A DNA stretch of 64,000 bases from Macrostomum hystrix (lineage: Eukaryota; Animalia; Platyhelminthes). Location of the stretch: the NCBI GenBank assembly GCA_950097015.1, contig CATNEN010000029.1:4030001-4094000 (forward strand), in the 5' to 3' direction. The notes below the pieces were generated by a model that did no database searches, was not told the DNA's origin, and saw only the letters and a list, made by a program, of their open reading frames with translations. Positions 13,101 through 25,200 of the stretch are shown here, piece by piece. How positions within the stretch are numbered: the first letter of the stretch is position 1; every line of letters starts with the position of its first letter. Both the position numbers and the translations under genes were made by a program.

Positions 13101-14325
13101 AAAATCCCATCCTGAAGCTCACACCCAGACCAAAATTCCACCCTGAAACTCACACCCAGAACAAAATCCCATCCTGAAACTCACACCCAGACTAAAATCT
13201 CATCCTGAAACTCACACCCAGACTAAAATCCCATCCTGAAACTCACACCCAGACTAAAATCCCATCCTAAAGCTCACACCCAGACAAAAATCCAATCCTG
13301 AAACTCACACCCAGACCAAAATCCCATCCTGAAACTCACACCCAGACTAAAATCTCATCTTGAAGCTCACACCAGACCAAAATCCCATCCAGAAACTTAC
13401 ACCTAGACCTAGATCTCATGCTGAAACTCACCCAGTCAAAAATCCATCCTGAAACTCACACCCAGACTAAAATCCCACCCTGAAACTCACACCCAGACTA
13501 AAATCCCACCCTGAAGCTCACACCCAGACTAAAATCCCATCCTGAAACTCACACCCAGACTAAAATCCCATCCTGAAACTCACACCCAGACTAAAATCCA
13601 TCCTGAAACTCACACCCAGTGAAAATCCCACCCTGAAACTCACACCCAGACCTAGATCTCATCCTGAAACTCACCCAGTGAAAATCCCACCTGAAACTCA
13701 CACCCAGACTAAAATCCCATCCAGAAACTCACACCCAGGCTAAAATCCCATCCTGAAACTCACACCCAGACCAAAATCCCATCCTGAAGCTCACACCAGA
13801 CCAAAATCCCATCCAGAAACTTACACCTAGACCTAGATCTCATGCTGAAACTCACCCAGTCAAAAATCCATCCTGAAACTCACACCCAGACTAAAATCCC
13901 ATCCTGAAGCTCACACCCAGACTAAAATCCCATCCTGAAACTCACACCCAGACTAAAATCCCATCCTGAAGCTCACACCCAGACTAAAATCCCATCCTGA
14001 AACTCACACCCAGACTAAAATCCCATCCTGAAACTCACACCCAGACCAAAATCTCATCCTGAGACTCACACCCAGACCAAAATCCCACCCTGAAACTCAC
14101 ACCCAGACCAAAATCTCATCCTGAGACTCACACCCAGACCAAAATCCCACCCTGAAACTCACACCCAGACCAAAATCCCATCCTGAAACTCACACCCAGA
14201 CCAAAATCCCACCCTGAAACTCACACCCAGACCAAAATCCCACCCTGAAACTCACACCCAGACTAAAATCCCATCCTGAAACTCACACCCAGACCAAAAT
14301 CCCATCCTGAAACCCATACATAGAC
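10185..14325. repeat. 31-bp minisatellite (actaaaatcccatcctgaaactcacacccag) with recurring variant blocks
   Basis: More than 4 kb of tandem units. Confidence 0.97.
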
Positions 14326-14804
14326 CCAAATATCAGGCTGAAGTGTCACGAAATAAACAGAGTAAAATAAAATCTACAATTAGATTTTCAATTCCCGTTC
14401 ATTTTCAAAGTGGCTGCTGAGTAACGCCACTTTGGCTGTTAAGTGTTAACAAACATGAGTCAGCTACTCAACATCAAAGAGACTGCGGCATATGTGAATT
14501 TTCGTCAAGAGCTTAAATACATGCAAAAATCAATTCAAACACCAGTTTGCTTTGCACGCTCGTAATTGCTATCACGGAATTTAAGTTGCCAGCGAATGCT
14601 TTTAAATTTCCCCGTTATTTACCGAGATCTTGCATTCCTAGAAAAGGCTGCTTCCGCCTAAGGACCTGGAGGACTATCCCAAGCAGCAACACGCATGTGA
14701 TTGTGAAGTATTCTCTTGGCTTTATACAGCTCAATCACACGAGACTTGGCTTACCTTTTGGATGAAGTAAAAAAGGCAGAACAGTGTACTTTTCTATATC
14801 TACC

Positions 14805-15545
14805 TATCTAGCCCCCTCACTTCCATCTAGTCTTCCTTCCATCTAGTCTCGCTCACTTCAATCTAGTCTCCCTCACTTCACTCTAGCCTCGCTCACTTCC
14901 ATCTAGTATTCCTTCCATCTAGTCTCGCTCACTTCAATCTAGTCTCCCTCACTTCACTCTAGTCTCCCTCACTTCAATCTAGTCTCCCTCACTTCAATCT
15001 AGTCTCCCTCACTTCACTCTAGTCTCCCTCACTTCACTCTAGTCTCCCTCACTTCAATCTAGTCTCCCTCACTTCAATCTAGTCTCCCTCACTTCACTCT
15101 AGCCTCGCTCACTTCCATCTAGTCTCGCTCACTTCCATCTAGTCTCGCTCACTTCCATCTAGTCTACCTCACTTCCATCTAGTCTACCTCACTTCACTCT
15201 AGCCTCGCTCACTTCCATCTAGTCTCCCTGACTTCCATCTAGTCTACCTCACTTCCATTTAGTCTACCTCACTTCCATCTAGTCTAACTCACTTCCATCT
15301 AGTCGTCCTCACTTCCATCTAGTCTACCTGACTTCTATCTAGTCTAACTCACTTCCATCTAGTCTACCTCACTTCCATCTAGTCTCCCACACTTCCATCT
15401 AGTCTCCCACACTTCCATCTAGTCTAACTCACTTCCATCTAGTCTCCCTCACTTCCATCTAGTCTTCCTCACTTCCATCTAGTCTTCCGTAGTTTTTTTC
15501 TAGCCTCCCCTTACTTTATCTAGTCTCACCCAATTCCATCTAGTT
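14805..15545. repeat. 20-bp minisatellite (cacttccatctagtctccct)
   Basis: Tandem units. Confidence 0.93.
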
Positions 15546-16282
15546 GACTACTTCTAGATGAAAAAAAACTAGTTTCAGCTAACAAAGAAGAAAATTAATT
15601 GATAACAATTTGTCCTGTCCCGAACGCATTGATGAAGCCGCAACTATATTAAATATAGTTTAAATACTAAATACTAAATACTGTATTAAATACTAATACA
15701 TAATTAGGAAGTGCATCTCGAAGACTGGAAGGTTGTATAATAAAGCGTTTAACGGAAGTGGGAGGAGCCACCAATTTAGCGGAAGTGCTCCAAGCGTTAC
15801 AGTACTGTCATGTTTGCTAAATGACAATGACACAACACTGCCTTCATTGAATGCTAAGCGTCAGCGGCGTACACTAATGCATAATGCATGAGCAGATTTT
15901 GTGAAGTAATTCACAGCTTTAAAGAGAAGGATGCAGGGGTCGGTGGTGAGACTGATGGATCCCACCCACTTATACCTGTCAACCTTTATAGGTGTCAATA
16001 AAGTTAAAGACATTTTTAAGTGTCTTGCCACACTTTACTATATATGCTGAGCTACGCATAACTGTGTGGATATTAGTGTGCGGATGAAATGAAGCTGTCA
16101 GCTTTCATAGCTTTGATTGACAGGTGGGGTTAGAAGGGGAATGAGCTTTGCTAGTGACTTTCTAGATTTAGAAATAATCTGTGCCATACAGGGATTAGGG
16201 ACCAAGAAAGCAATGAGACAGCTGCAATGATGGTACAGCATATCAAGTGCGTCATCTTGAACGCAATCTCATACTTTAAAGT

Positions 16283-17242
16283 GGAGAGGAGACAGGGGAG
16301 AGATGAGATAGGGGAGAGAGGAGACGGGAGAGCTGAGATAGGGGATAGAGGAGACAGAGTAGAGAGGAGACAGGGGAGAGAAGACAGGGGAGAGAGGAGA
16401 CAGGGGAAATAGGAGACAGGTGAGGGATGAGATAGGGGAGAGAGGAGACGGGAGAGCTGAGATAGGGGATAGAGGAGACAGAGGAGATATAATATAGGGG
16501 AGAGAGGAGACAGTTGAGAGATGAGATAGGGGGAGAGATGAGACGGCAGAGAGGAGACAGGGGAGAGAGGAGACATGATGAGATGAGACGGGAGAGAGGA
16601 GACAGGGGATGAGATGAGACGGGAGAGAGGAGACAGGGGATGAGATGAGACGGGAGAGAGGAGACAGGGGATGAGATGAGACGGGAGAGAGGAGACAGGA
16701 TGAAGACGGGAGAGAGGAGACAGGGGATGAGATGAGACGGGAGAGAGGAGACAGGGGATGAGATGAGACGGGAGAGAGGAGACGGGATGAGATGAGACGG
16801 GAGAGAGGAGACAGGGGATGAGATGAGACGGGAGAGAGGAGACAGGGGATGAGATGAGACGGGAGAGAGGAGACAGGATGAGATGAGACGGGAGAGAGGA
16901 GACGGGATGAGATGAGACGGGAGAGAGGAGACAGGGGATGAGATGAGACGGGAGAGAGGAGACAGGGGATGAGATGAGACGGGAGAGAGGAGACAGGGGA
17001 TGAGATGAGACGGGAGAGAGGAGACAGGATGAGATGAGACGGGAGAGAGGAGACAGGGGATGAGATGAGACGGGAGAGAGGAGACAGGGGATGAGATGAG
17101 ACGGGAGAGAGGAGACGGGATGAGATGAGACGGGAGAGAGGAGACAGGGGATGAGATGAGACGGGAGAGAGGAGACAGGGGATGAGATGAGACGGGAGAG
17201 AGGAGACAGGGGATGAGATGAGACGGGAGAGAGGAGACAGGT
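16283..17242. repeat. Purine-rich ~31-bp minisatellite (gagacgggagagaggagacaggggatgagat)
   Basis: Tandem units with 29-bp variants. Confidence 0.93.
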
Positions 17243-17966
17243 GAGGAATGAGACAAGAGAGTTTTGAAATATCATTTAACCAAAAAACTTTAAATATAAA
17301 TATATTTACTGAAGCCAGCCCGCCGCCATTAACATTAATCAATCATTAGAAGTTTTCTATCAAGCAACAGCATGCTCGGATACAGTAGTGAATAGCAATT
17401 ATAAACGCAGAGTCAGAGCAGGCCCCTGCGCTTGTTGATTGTCAAATCTGTCAAATAGGGGAGGGGGTGTTGGTTCTCGTTGAGTTTATGAAAATGTGTA
17501 CATTTTTTTACCTAAAACTGTATAAAATAATAAACATGCAAAAAATCATCAAAGGAGCAAAGTCCGACTATTCAGGCGTTTAAGCAGCTGGGAGATATCA
17601 TCTATCATCCCTCACCCACCCCACCACCATCCTGATCTAACACGATCGCTACGCAGCCTCAGCTGTTGAGAATTTGACAGCCAACACACACGGGTACACA
17701 CACTCACATCCCTTAGCCATCATTGCCGCCTCATGTTGCTTGCCCAGCCAGTCCCATTGAGCTGTTTGAAATATAAACAGCCGATAATGCGGGATCGGAT
17801 AACAGCGGCATTCAGCTGAGGCCGCACCGACAGCTCATTCATCAATCTGCTGCCGCCGCTGCCGTCTCTCGCTTCCGATCCGCTAACCGATAACCCTACA
17901 GACACTTGTGTCTCTCGTGTTTCACATCGCTGCAATACTCTTTCCTGCTCTTATGAACAGAGGATT

Positions 17967-18880
17967 CTACTCTCTCCTGCTCTCAACTCCACTCTCTTAC
18001 TCTCATATCTACTCTCTCCTGCTCTCAACTCCACTCTCTTACTCTCATATCTACTCTCTCCTGCTCTCAACTCCACTCTCTTACTCTCATATCTACTCTC
18101 TCCTGCTCTCAATTCCACTCTCTTACTCTCATATCTACTCTCTCCTGCTCTCAACTCCACTCTCTTACTCTCATCTCTACTCTCTCCTGCTCTCAACTCC
18201 ACTCTCTTACTCTCATATCTACTCTCTCCTGCTCTCAACTCCACTCTCTTAATCTCATCTCTACTCTCTCCTGCTCTCAACTCCACTTTCTTACTCTCAT
18301 ATCTACTCTCTCCTGCTCTCAACTCCACTCTCTTACTCTCATATCTACTCTCTCCTGCTCTCAACTCCACTCTCTTACTCTCATATCTACTCTCTCCTGC
18401 TCTCAACTCCACTCTCTTACTCTCATATCTACTCTCTCCTGCTCTCAACTCCACTCTCTTACTCTCATATCTACTCTCTCCTGCTCTCAACTCCACTCTC
18501 TTACTCTCATATCTACTCTCTCCTGCTCTCAACTCCACTCTCTTACTCTCATATCTACTCTCTCCTGCTCTCAACTCCACTCTCTTACTCTCATATCTAC
18601 TCTCTCCTGCTCTCAACTCCACTCTCTTACTCTCATATCTACTCTCTCCTGCTCTCAACTCCACTCTCTTACTCTCATATCTACTCTCTCCTGCTCTCAA
18701 CTCCACTCTCTTACTCTCATATCTACTCTCTCCTGCTCTCAACTCCACTCTCTTACTCTCATATCTACTCTCTCCTGCTCTCAACTCCACTCTCTTACTC
18801 TCATATCTACTCTCTCCTGCTCTCAACTCCACTCTCTTACTCTCATATCTACTCTCTCCTGCTCTCAACTCCACTCTCTT
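17967..18880. repeat. 42-bp pyrimidine-rich minisatellite (ctactctctcctgctctcaactccactctcttactctcatat)
   Basis: Near-perfect tandem units. Confidence 0.96.
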
Positions 18881-19527
18881 GCTTTCTTTTCATTTTCTTT
18901 CACATCTTACGAATCCCGAACACTAGCGGCGAAAAATAAGGTTAAAATTCTCACTTTATCTCTAAAAATAACGGCTTTTCAATCAAAATAAAATTATCAA
19001 CACAATTACTTGCAAAATAAGGCTTGCGAATGAGATTTAATTGAACACAATTAAATTTGGATGTCACAAATCATACAGAAGACAGAAAACAGTAATTATC
19101 AAAGTCCAGAATATTCTGACGAAAAAAATGTATGCATCAATTATTGGACTACAGTTTCTAAAAGATAAGCAAGATTTCTTGATAGAGATTATCGTGACAA
19201 TTAACAAAAAACGAGCATATAAGCTACAATTTTTCAACTAACACTACTCGACAGAGATGCGAGTAGTAGCAATGGAAGCATATTGAAGCGGAAAATAAGT
19301 TAGGCAACAAAACTTTCGCATTTTATTACCAATCGAGTTGCGAGAAGAAACTCTTGATTAAGTATTGCCAAAAAATATGCAGCTTTATTAATTTTAACAA
19401 AATCCGCAGGAAAAAACTTAAATCAAGAATGAAGAAATTCACAATGCGAAAACAACAGCAAATTCAACACCAATATGATCGAACATACAATAGTATAACA
19501 ATAACATAACTAGGGCATTAAACCCAC

Positions 19528-19975
19528 CAGATAGATCCCACACTTTTCCTATCAGACAGATCCCACACTTTTCCTATCAGACAAATCCCACACTTTTCCT
19601 ATCAGACAGATCCCACACTTTTCCTATCAGACAGATCCCACACTTTTCCTATCAGACAGATCCCACACTTTTCCTATCAGACAGATCCCACACTTTTCCT
19701 ATCAGACAGATCCCACACTTTTCCTATCAGACAGATCCCACACTTATCCCTATCAGACAGATCCATCACTTTTCCTATCAGACAGATCCATCACTTTTCC
19801 TATCAGACAGATCCCACACTTATCCCTATCAGACAGATCCCACACTTATCCCTATCAGACAGATCCCACACTTTTCCTATCAGACAGATCTTACACTTAT
19901 CCCACAAGACAGATCCCAAACTTTTCCAAGCAGGCAGATCCCAAAATGATCCCATCAGACAGATCCCACACTTCA
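19528..19975. repeat. 25-bp minisatellite (agacagatcccacacttttcctatc)
   Basis: Tandem units downstream of the Ctr gene. Confidence 0.94.
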
Positions 19976-20208
19976 GAAAAGCTATCTTTGGAAATCCAAT
20001 TGAAACCCACCAGAAATTTCGCTTTTATTTCAGACATATTTTTGACAGCCTTTAGAAATCCCAGATAAATCGTTCGGAAATCCTAGAGAAAACGTTTAGA
20101 AATCCCACAGAAATCCTTCAAAATTCAAGAGAATCCCTTCTGATTCCATTAAGCTTTAGCTGTCCTACTAGACTTCACAGAACAATCCCCCCCGCAGGCA
20201 GCGTTTCC

Positions 20209-20898
20209 TCAGTCGAAGCCGTCTGGCTCAAACGCGTTGGCCGAGCTGGCGGCGGTGACGAACACGCCAGCAGACGAAGTATCGCCGGCTGTCGGCGACA
20301 GGGTGGCAACAACGCAGGCGCGAAATAGCCTACGAGCTAGAGGTGAGAAAAAGTAGCCAATAGAACTGCCCAGTACCACAGAAAGAAAGATCCAAGCATT
20401 GTAGGTCATCACCGTCAGCATCAGAAGCATGGAGATTGTCACACGGACAGTGTAAACAATGCTTGACAAAGTAGCGTATGCCAGTCTGGGTCTACAGAAT
20501 AATTTAGTAAATTCATAATATAGCTCTTGTGACATTTTGAAGTTACAAGTGCAGATTCAAATTTTCTCACTAGACTTACCTGTTGACAAACCCTCCAATG
20601 CGCCTGTTATTAGCCATAGCAATATCATAGCTAGCATTGAGTTTATCTGCAGCTGACAGGAGTATCTCATGGTAGGACATCAGCAGTTCATAAAAAATAG
20701 TGACTATACCTGACACCAGGCAAATGACAATTAGAGCTACAATGTAAGAATAATTTTTGTGAGTTTTATGTAAGTTAGAACTATGTAAAGCAGTTTAATC
20801 ATACAACTTAAAATTTACCTACCTGATGGTGTTGAGGAATTCAAGCCTTTAAACAAAAGATTTTTTATGTTGTCTGTAAACTCGAAGTATAAATACAT
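20209..20898 (-). CDS. SLC31A: Ctr/SLC31-family copper transporter, 3 coding exons, ~171 aa
   Basis: Exons 20898-20823, 20736-20580 and 20491-20209 join in phase across GT-AG introns. The protein MYLYFEF...LF... has three hydrophobic segments, the TM2 MxxxM motif (MLLMLTVMTYN) and TM3 GxxxG (GSSIG). AATAAA on the - strand at ~20024-20029. Confidence 0.9.
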
Positions 20899-22231
20899 TG
20901 TGCTGAAAAGTTAAAACAGTTAGATAACTCATGAGAATGAAAAGGACAATCAAAGGATTTAGATAATAAAATACACTCTACAGACACTGTAGCTATTTTA
21001 GGATTAGGGAGAATGGAATTGGGGATCCCAGAACTGATGTATAAAAATGCTTCATCACAAGATAACTAGACACTGGTAAAATAGGTACTATATAGGCCTA
21101 AGCAAACTAGTATAATAAAACTACAAAAAGAGTTAAAAAGACAGCATCAAAGAATTTTTTCACCAAAAGGCTTTACTGTTTTAAAAAATTAACTGTAAAT
21201 AAAGTATGTGTTCCTATTATGAATTACTTATGTTTTAGACATAGCTGGTTTATTTTTGTTGCAAAATTAGTGACTAAACTTAAACTAAAACAAAAACTAC
21301 AACTTACATACTCGTACTTGCATAGTCACAGTAAAAAAGCAATATAGCTGCTATAAAAATTATGTTTTATGTGCATCTGTGTTATATAAATCATAGCTAC
21401 CAATTAAGTATGCATATGTGTATATGCATACATAATATATATAAAATATGTAAGTAAGTATGTAAGTAAGTAAGTAAGTAAGTAAGTATGTAAATATGTA
21501 AGCATTCTATAGAACATACAATTGCAACATTTGCTATTATAATTGTTATTTACTATTTGTAACTTCTATACTAGTTATATATTGTCATATACTAGTTATT
21601 GGCAAACAATTATCAAAACGATCAACCAGCCATGAAGAACGAATGCTTTTTACTACTTTTTGATTTACATTACATCTTAATTTTGTTGATGACACTCTTA
21701 AGTCCAGAAAAACGGATATGAAAAAATTTGAATATATTTTAGTATATATAATGAATTATAAATGCATCCAAAAAATCTGCGTTGCGAAATAGCTAATTTA
21801 AGTCAATAATTAAAAGGCTTTGACTTTTCCTTATTCCTCATTTTCTCAGCACAATCGCTTATGTGATAAGCTAATGATAAAAGTTTTCCTGGAAAAACGA
21901 TATTTTAAATCTGACATTAGTAAATATCATGAAAAGTAAAGTTGATTTAACACTTTACCGATAGAAACAAAGTGTTCAATACTGGTTATTTCGGCAGGTA
22001 CCAAAGCCAAAGATTTTTAGAACCAATTTTTCTGTTAATCTTTTAGAAATGACTTCTGTGGCATCACAGTGAATGACAGTGAATAACAAGCCAAAAATTT
22101 GAATGCATGAACGAACTTAGGTTCGTGCAAACTCGGGTCAATGTTCATTACTATTGAGCGCTTGAATTTCCAACTGTTTCATCAGCTTTCACGTGTGTCA
22201 GCAGAACTACACGCTATATATAAAAATAATA

Positions 22232-25200
22232 ATGCAATTTCTAAGGCCGTTTCTAAATTCTCAAGCAGGTGCTAATGTCATTGGCAAATCTGTTCGAGTT
22301 TTTCGCCAAAGGCAGCTGTTGCAGATATGTGGTAGCAATAATTCTACTTCTGTTCGCTTGTACTCAGATTTTTTTCCAATTAATGACGATCTCTATGGGC
22401 TGACCGAGGAACAGAAGCAGGTAAGTGAATAAAAAGTGAAAAATAAGTTAGTAAGTGCTAAAAGAAAACATTTTCATAATTTTATACTTTTTGGATGTTA
22501 GCTCATAATATTTTGTCTCTCAGTATCAGTCCCATTGTGAGGTGATATTTTGGCATCGAATACAGCTATGGCATCCACAAATCGGCAAGTTTGATAAGTG
22601 TTGCTGTGCATGGTAACAAATGTATTATATTTCGACACTCAGTGTTTTTTGTATGGAACTAAGACTAAGGATATAATCTTTGATTATAATTTATTTATAC
22701 TACTTTTATAGCTATAACTAGCTATCTGTAAATTTCTTATCAATTTTCGATGTAATAGGCCTAATATTAGCTAGTTGGCATTTGTCTTTCTCTAGGCATA
22801 TATTCATAGTTTTTTGCAGCTTTTTATAAGAATTTTAATTAGGTGGCTTTAGGCCTAGCTAAGTAGGAGTTTAAAAAAGAAAGAATGAATTTTACCTTTT
22901 TATGAGGGTTGTTCGGAAAGTTTGCGGACAAACTAGAAAAAAACTGTAACTGCATACATATATGAAAACATTAGTTGTCAACCTTCTCAATATATGTGCC
23001 CTTGAGGCAGACACACTTGTGCCATTGCTCTGGCAGCTTCTCAATTCCAGCAGCGAAAAATTCTCTGGGGGTCCCTCTGACCCACTGGCTGATGGCAGAG
23101 GCCATGGCCTATACACTACTGTACCAGTGACCTCGGAGGGATTCCTTCATCTGCCCAAACAGCCAGTAGTCGCTCGGTGCTAGGTCTAGCGAGTAAGGTG
23201 GATGCGGCAGCAACTCGAAGCCCAGGTTGGCGATGGCAACCATTGTTGCCTGACTGGTGTGAGGCCTGGCATTTCCTGCTGTAGCAGGATCCCCCTGGTC
23301 AGCTTGCCACGGCACTCACTCTTGATGGCTTCACGCAATTTCTGCAGCACTTGGATGTAATAAGCACTGTTGATGGTAGTGCCTCATGGAAGCCAGTCAA
23401 TGAGCAGAATGCCCTCTTTGTCCCAGAAGACGGTGGCCATCTGCTTGCCAGCTGATGGTACAGTCAGGGCCTTCACTGGGGCAGGTTCATCAGCTGTCTT
23501 CCACACGTTGCTTTGTTTCTTGGACTCCTTTTCGCTATAGTGGAACCATGAACAATTTGGTCCAAAAAGTTCGGATCATTGCGGTAGGCCTGCGGAGCTG
23601 CTGACATGCACGGACCCGTTCATGCTGCTGGTCATCCGTCAGAAGCTTTGGGACCCAGAGAGCAACAACCCGGGACATCCCAAGCTTGCCTGTGAGAATC
23701 CCATGGACTGCTGTCGGTGAGATACCCACTATCTCTGCCAGTTCACGTACTGTGACCCAACGGTTGACATCCAATGCCTGGTGTACACGCTTGATGTTAA
23801 ACTTGTTGACTGTGGTGGCCGGCCTTCCACTGCTTGGCAGATCTTCGACCATCTCCCAGCCTTCCTGGAAGCTCTGTACCCACTTGCTGACTGACCATTG
23901 CCTTCGAAGGGGCATCTTCCCCATATGCCTCTTGTAACTCACTGAGAATGTTGGCTTGACGCTTCCCTTGCCTCCACAAAAACCAAATGACACTTCGCTT
24001 GGCTTCTTTAATATTTTGCATAGTGTCAAAATCAGTGGGTAACAAAAAAGATTGCTGTGAAAAAATGCATTGAGCAAATCTGAGCGCAGTAGCTTTAAAA
24101 CTTGTGGGACATATTTGTTGTCTATGGCCAAAAGTATGATAGCTACACAGCCTTTTGCTTAGTAGAAAATTGAGTTTGTCCACGAACTTTCCAAACAACC
24201 CTCGTAGCTACAGCTTTTCTATGCATAACTCATAGCTTGCTCAAAAGTTTTCAAAAATTTCAAAATTTCCAAAATTTTGACTATTTCTAACTTAGCAATT
24301 CTGTAATATTATGTTTTAGTTGCGCCAGTCTGTGTTTCAATTCTGCCAAAAAGAACTAGCCCCTAAAGCTCAGAAGATTGATGCTGAGAATGATTTTAAG
24401 GATATTAGGGTAAGTAATGGTTTCAATATCAGTGGTTTGTAATTATTAATGAAATTATAATGAAGGTATTGTTATTAAACATTAAAATTTTACTTTTTAA
24501 AATTAGACATTCTGGAAACAATGTGGTGAACTTGGACTACTTGGAGTTACTGCACCAGGTAATATTTATTTATTTTTTAATACAAAAACCAAATACTTGC
24601 TAAATAGATAGTCATCAAAATGGATGGTTGCAGTGGCTCAGTGAGCAGTGGTTCAGTGGACAGTCATCCACTGGTTAGAGCTGGTTAAGCAGTGGCTCAG
24701 TAGACAGTCATCCACTGGTTAGAGCTGGTTAAGCAGTGGCTCAGTAGACAGTCATCCACTGGTTAGAGCTGGTTAAGCAGTGGCTCAGTAGACAGTCATC
24801 CACTGGTTAGAGCTGGTTAAGCAGTGGCTCAGTAGGCAGTCATCCACTGGTTAGAGCTGGTTAAGCAGTGGCTCAGTAGACTGTCATCCACTGGTTAGAG
24901 CTGGTTAAGCAGTGGCTCAGTAGACAGTCATCCACTGGTTAGAGCTGGTTAAGCAGTGGCTCAGTAGACAGTCATCCACTGGTTAGAGCTGGTTAAGCAG
25001 TGGCTCAGTAGAGAGTCCACTGATTTGCAAGTCTATTATTTTTTCTATCTAATTGCCAGCCGAGTATGGTGGCCTCGGCGCCTCCTACCTGGACCACGCC
25101 ATTGTTATGGAGGAGATGTCGCGTGCCTGTGCTGCAGTCGCATTGAGCTACGGTGCTCATTCTAATCTGTGCGTGAATCAGATTGTTAGGCACGGCACCA

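Noticed and set aside
14623-14637. Possible 15-nt microexon on the - strand (ttttctag|gaatgcaagatctcg|gtaaat)
   Set aside because: It is too short to distinguish from chance without transcript data.
16151-18874. Long - strand ORFs (374, 357, 326 and 307 aa)
   Set aside because: They are translations of purine/pyrimidine-skewed arrays that lack stop codons.
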